This document shows, one piece after another, positions 15,423-17,940 of a stretch of 17,940 nt of DNA; the first letter of the stretch is position 1; each line of letters begins with the position of its first letter. Location: contig NQJD01000043.1 in the NCBI GenBank assembly GCA_004284765.1, positions 1 through 17,940 on the forward strand. The letters run 5' to 3'. A program made the translations under genes and the position numbers. The stretch is from Candidatus Electronema aureum (GTDB lineage Bacteria; Desulfobacterota; Desulfobulbia; Desulfobulbales; Desulfobulbaceae). A model generated the notes under the pieces. That model made no database searches, was not told the origin of the DNA, and worked only from the letters and a program-made list of their open reading frames with translations.

Positions 15423-15453
15423 TTTTGTTAAAACTGCAAGCTGGTTTTTTTTT
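15406..15453. terminator. Putative bidirectional intrinsic terminator (A9 - imperfect hairpin - T9)
   Basis: An A-run (15406-15414) and a T-run (15445-15453) flank cag/ctg pairs (15416-15418 / 15441-15443). Inside is an inner stem agtttt/aaaact (15421-15426 / 15430-15435) with a 3-nt loop. The stem is AT-rich and weak. Confidence 0.4.
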
Positions 15454-15510
15454 AGTGAAAGCCCAGCATATTCACTCCGTTTTTTGCCATCATCAGCATG
15501 GCATCTTCTC

Positions 15511-15539
15511 TTGCCTTCAACGTCGCCGACTGATACACT
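15511..15539 (+). promoter_or_regulatory. Possible sigma70 promoter giving a leaderless brnT transcript
   Basis: TTGCCT (15511-15516), a 17-nt spacer, then TACACT (15534-15539). The ATG at 15546 begins 7 nt after the -10 element and has no Shine-Dalgarno. This is pattern-based inference only. Confidence 0.3.
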
Positions 15540-15545
15540 GAACTC

Positions 15546-15755
15546 ATGAAACAGGTCACGTTTGAATGGGACGAATCAAAAAATAGGCAAAATCAAGAAA
15601 AGCATAGCGTTTCATTTGAACTTGCTCAATACGCATTTGCCGATCCGCAGCGCGTTATCGCTGAAGATATTTCGCACAGCCAAGACGAGAGAAGATATTA
15701 CTGCTTCGGCAAAGTAAAAAATGGCATCATGAAAGAAGTTGAATACAGCGGATGA
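15546..15755 (+). pseudogene. brnT: BrnT-family (DUF497) toxin, C-terminally truncated
   Basis: MKQVTFEWDESKNRQNQEKHSVSFELAQYAFADPQRVIAEDISHSQDERRYYCFGKVKNGIM matches the BrnT pattern FEWD..K...N..KHGvsF.EA..vF.DP......D..HS..E.R....G....G. The usual following ~30 residues (..VV.T.R...iRIISAR.A...E...Y) are absent. The ORF instead runs into the antitoxin start region (MKEVEYSG*). Confidence 0.7.
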
Positions 15756-15954
15756 GCCGCTGGGCGAACTCCGCATCATTGATGACTTTTTTCCCTCGCC
15801 AGAACAGCTTGTTTTCCAAGAGGAAAAGGTCAAAGTGACGCTCACACTCAGCAAGGCTCGATTTCTCTTCAAACGGGAAGCCGAGAAACATCATACGCAA
15901 TATCAGAAGATGATACGAAAGCTGATTGATGTTTATGTTAACCAGCATAGATGA
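15739..15954 (+). CDS. BrnA-associated type antitoxin (small RHH/CopG-like partner of BrnT)
   Basis: ...DEPLGELRIIDDFFPSPEQLVFQEEKVKVTLTLSKARFLFKREAEKHHTQYQKMIRKLIDVYV matches the partner-family pattern yTDEP.g......DFLPsPe.Lv....vKVT..L....v.fFk.eA.k....YQ.MIR.LLd.Y. The track start is a TTG. An in-frame-shifted ATG at 15729 (MKEVEYS-) would give the more typical N-terminus if one base near 15750 were removed. Confidence 0.68.
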   Translation: MNTADEPLGELRIIDDFFPSPEQLVFQEEKVKVTLTLSKARFLFKREAEKHHTQYQKMIRKLIDVYVNQHR

Positions 15955-15964
15955 TAAATAAAAA

Positions 15965-16201
15965 ATGATACAGCTCATTCTCCACAAAGACAAGATTCAC
16001 GACATGTTGCTGCGCTTTTTAAGCGGCATCCAGACGGACGAAATTCATCTTGAATTTGATGACAAACACTTTCTGGCTGAACCGGTTCAGGAGAAATCCG
16101 TCTTGGATATGCTGGCAGAGCAGGCTGATGATCTGGGGCCTGATGATTTATCCATCAACACAGATCATTATCTGTACGGGTTGCTGAAAAGGAAGGAATA
16201 G
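15965..16201 (+). CDS. Putative antitoxin partnered with the downstream PIN gene
   Basis: 78 aa and acidic (…LDMLAEQADDLGPDDLSINTDHYLYGLLKRKE). The C-terminal DLS.N.D.YLYG motif recurs in small proteins upstream of PIN toxins, from memory. The stop TAG overlaps the GTG of the downstream PIN reading frame by 1 nt. No Shine-Dalgarno is seen. Confidence 0.5.
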   Translation: MIQLILHKDKIHDMLLRFLSGIQTDEIHLEFDDKHFLAEPVQEKSVLDMLAEQADDLGPDDLSINTDHYLYGLLKRKE

Positions 16202-16606
16202 TGATTTATTTTCCTCGACACTTCCTATCTGATTGCCATCACGCACAAGAGAGATCAATTTCATGATGAGGCAATAGCCGTCAGTAAAAAGTTGAAAAAG
16301 CCTGTCCAGCTTGTGACGACTTCCGCTGTGCTTATGGAATTTGGCAATATGCTATCTTCCATTCTTCTCCGCAATAAAGCCTTCAATTATATCCAGCTCC
16401 TGAAGAACGACAAACACACCGAGATTGTTCCTGTCTCTGAAAAGCTGTTTGAAGCAGGATTGGCAATGTTTTTGAAATATCAGGATAAAGAATGGGGAAT
16501 AGTGGACTGCATCTCATTCCTCGTGATGAAAGAAAGGAGAATCACACACGCCTTGACTTCGGATGAGCATTTTGCACAGGCTGGATTTGCCGTTCTTCTG
16601 AAATAA
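16201..16606 (+). pseudogene. PIN-domain (VapC-like) toxin with a 1-nt frameshift after codon 4
   Basis: The GTG at 16201 gives VIYF, then the frame shifts. From 16214 the +1 frame reads LDTSYLIAITHKRDQFHDEAIAVSKKLKKPVQLVTTSAVLMEFGN...WGIVDCISFLVM...LTSDEHFAQAGF. That places the PIN acidic residues in order (D of LDTS, E of MEFGN, D of VDC, D of SDEHF). The first acidic residue lies upstream of any ATG/GTG/TTG in its frame. The track ORF starts at the TTG at 16292. Confidence 0.75.
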
Positions 16607-16624
16607 TTTTAGATAAATTAACTT

Positions 16625-17062
16625 ATGAAACTCTACTTAGACGTATGTTGCCTCAACCGCCCGTTTGATGACCAGACGCAAGACAGAGTTCATCTGGAAG
16701 CAGAGGCCGTGCTGACCATTCTCCGGCACTTGGAAAAAAGCGACTGGACATGGAGCAGCAGCGTTGTCCTCTATGAAGTCAATCAGATACCCAACAGCGA
16801 CAGGAAACACCGGATTCTCAAGCTATGCGATAAAGCATCTGATGTCGTCACCTTGAATGACAATATCTATGCGCTTGCAGAAAAGCTGAAAGAGCTTGGT
16901 TTCAAGTCATACGATGCTCTGCATCTGTGCTGCGCTAAAACAGCGGGTGCAGAAGTGTTTCTTTCAACAGATGACAAACTCATCAAGAAATACCAAAAGA
17001 GTGAGGATATACTCAAGATGACTGTTGACAATCCGCTTAATTGGCTACAAAAAATATGGTGA
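16625..17062 (+). CDS. PIN-domain protein (toxin-like nuclease)
   Basis: MKLYLDVCCLNRPFDDQTQDRVHLEAEAVLTIL...YDALHLCCAKTAGAEVFLSTDDKLIKK. It has the conserved acidic positions (LD, EAEA, DALH, TDD) and matches a widespread PIN subfamily beginning LDvCcLnRPFDDQ. Confidence 0.8.
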   Translation: MKLYLDVCCLNRPFDDQTQDRVHLEAEAVLTILRHLEKSDWTWSSSVVLYEVNQIPNSDRKHRILKLCDKASDVVTLNDNIYALAEKLKELGFKSYDALHLCCAKTAGAEVFLSTDDKLIKKYQKSEDILKMTVDNPLNWLQKIW

Positions 17063-17066
17063 AACT

Positions 17067-17276
17067 ATGAACAGCCAAGCAATGACTCTTGAACAAGTTC
17101 GGCAGATCGGCATCACAGCCCTTGCGCATCAGCTTGGAGTTGTCGGGATGATCAGATTCCTCCAACAATCTGAAATTGGCTGGGGCGACTACACAAAAGA
17201 AAGAGAAGGATGGCTTGGCACCCCTGATTTGAATGATTTGTTTGATGCGGTCAAACGCAGCGAAAAAATGAACTGA
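17067..17276 (+). CDS. Small antitoxin-like protein downstream of the PIN gene
   Basis: The ATG at 17067 lies 4 nt after the PIN stop, with GGTGA upstream. MNSQAMTLEQVRQIGITALAHQLGVVGMIRFLQQSEIGWGDYTKEREGWL. The motif RFLqq...G.GDYT.eR recurs in small partners of this PIN subfamily, from memory. The track start at 17025 overlaps the PIN gene. Confidence 0.6.
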   Translation: MNSQAMTLEQVRQIGITALAHQLGVVGMIRFLQQSEIGWGDYTKEREGWLGTPDLNDLFDAVKRSEKMN

Positions 17277-17940
17277 CATCTGGCCGCCAAGACGGTCAAG
17301 GTGCAAAGCCGCTCCTGGGACGGCAGCCAAGGCCACGAATGGTTTTCGGACGGCAACGGTAGCTACACCATCAGTGCCTGCGACGGCCTGCATCGCGGCA
17401 CGAAAATTGTCATGGAGCTGAAGGAGGATGCGCACGACTACGGCCAGAAATTCACCATCGAGCGGATCATTCAGCAGTATTCGACCTTCATTCCCTTCCC
17501 GGTCAAAGTCGAAGGCAAGAAAGTCAACACGGTTGAAGCCATCTGGACGCGGGCGAAAAGCGAAATTAAAGACGAAGAGTACACCGAGTTCTACAAATTC
17601 GTGGGCAATGCTTACGATGAGCCGCTCTGCCGCTATCATTTCTCTGCCGACAGCCCGTTAGCTATCAACGCCCTTCTGTTTGTGCCGAAAGACAACTTTG
17701 AATCTATCGGCTTGGGCCGGATGGATCCGGGCGTGAATCTGTACTGCCGCCGGGTGCTCATTGATCAGCACAGCAAGAATATCCTGCCGGAATGGCTGCG
17801 TTTTCTCAAAGGTGTGGTGGATTCCGAAGACCTGCCGCTGAACATCTCCCGCCAGTCGCTCCAGGACAATGCCCTTGTCGCCAAAATCCACAAAGTCATC
17901 ACCAAACGCTTCATCAAATTCATGGAGGAGGAGGCGAAAA
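17277..17940 (+). pseudogene. htpG: Molecular chaperone HtpG (Hsp90), 5'-truncated; the middle-domain part runs off the right window edge
   Basis: The open frame from 17277 reads HLAAKTVKVQSRSWDGSQGHEWFSDGNGSYTI...AIWTRAKSEIKDEEYTEFYKFV...RVLIDQHSKNILPEWLRFLKGVVDSEDLPLNISRQSLQDN. This is colinear with E. coli HtpG from about residue 140 (..ADKVTVRTR...[21 protein letters not shown]...[25 protein letters not shown]). The GHKL ATPase N-domain is absent, and the preceding in-frame codon is the antitoxin stop TGA. The ORF is missing from the track because it has no start or stop in the window. Confidence 0.85.

Noticed and set aside
16201-16225. Programmed ribosomal frameshifting in the PIN gene
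   Set aside because: There is no recognised slippery heptamer with a downstream stimulatory structure. A simple 1-nt indel in a T/C run, from mutation or sequencing error, is the more parsimonious explanation.
17037-17891. Minus-strand ORFs 17037..17639 and 17658..17891
   Set aside because: They are antisense shadows of the clearly HtpG-homologous + strand frame, and their products have no recognisable features.
1-17940. CRISPR arrays, tRNA/rRNA genes, integrase or att sites, retron or DGR elements
   Set aside because: I found no regularly spaced direct repeats, tRNA-like T-arm or acceptor patterns, reverse transcriptase, tyrosine or serine recombinase ORFs, or template/variable repeat pairs on either strand.

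Overview
The window is a bacterial chromosomal segment whose core genes look roughly 55-60% GC by eye. I cannot assign a taxon from the sequence alone. The backbone is almost entirely on the minus strand and consists of housekeeping genes: glmS, an OmpA-family lipoprotein-like gene, an MBL-fold hydrolase, an HD-domain protein, hemE, an AhbC/AhbD/NirJ-like radical SAM/SPASM gene, metW, metX and a type-B succinate dehydrogenase/fumarate reductase flavoprotein (sdhA/frdA).

Lower-GC accessory DNA interrupts this backbone at several points:
- The right end of an IS630-family element at the left window edge, which cuts a GC-rich gene.
- A small wHTH-like gene wedged between the radical SAM gene and hemE.
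- An AT-rich multi-zinc-ribbon gene downstream of sdhA.
- A toxin-antitoxin-dense mosaic island at about 13.6-17.3 kb. It holds intact mazEF, a decayed brnTA, a frameshifted PIN/vapBC-like pair, a second PIN gene with a downstream antitoxin-like gene, an orphan repeat-containing membrane protein and a small TM peptide gene. It ends directly against a 5'-truncated htpG.

I do not see a convincing new multi-gene system, and there is no CRISPR array, RT, tRNA or rRNA. The best leads for undescribed biology are:
- A diverged duplicate of the sdhA 5' end that brackets mazEF, next to an sdhA that lacks its partner subunits.
- The zinc-ribbon protein, which has a sharp GC break exactly at a domain boundary, and the 17-bp perfect inverted repeat upstream of it.
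- The horizontally inserted wHTH/Gly-zipper gene inside a heme operon.
- The hemE/AhbD-like adjacency.
- The membrane-protein/small-peptide divergent pair.

Several ORFs in the supplied track start at TTG or GTG codons, so some of its start coordinates were revised here.
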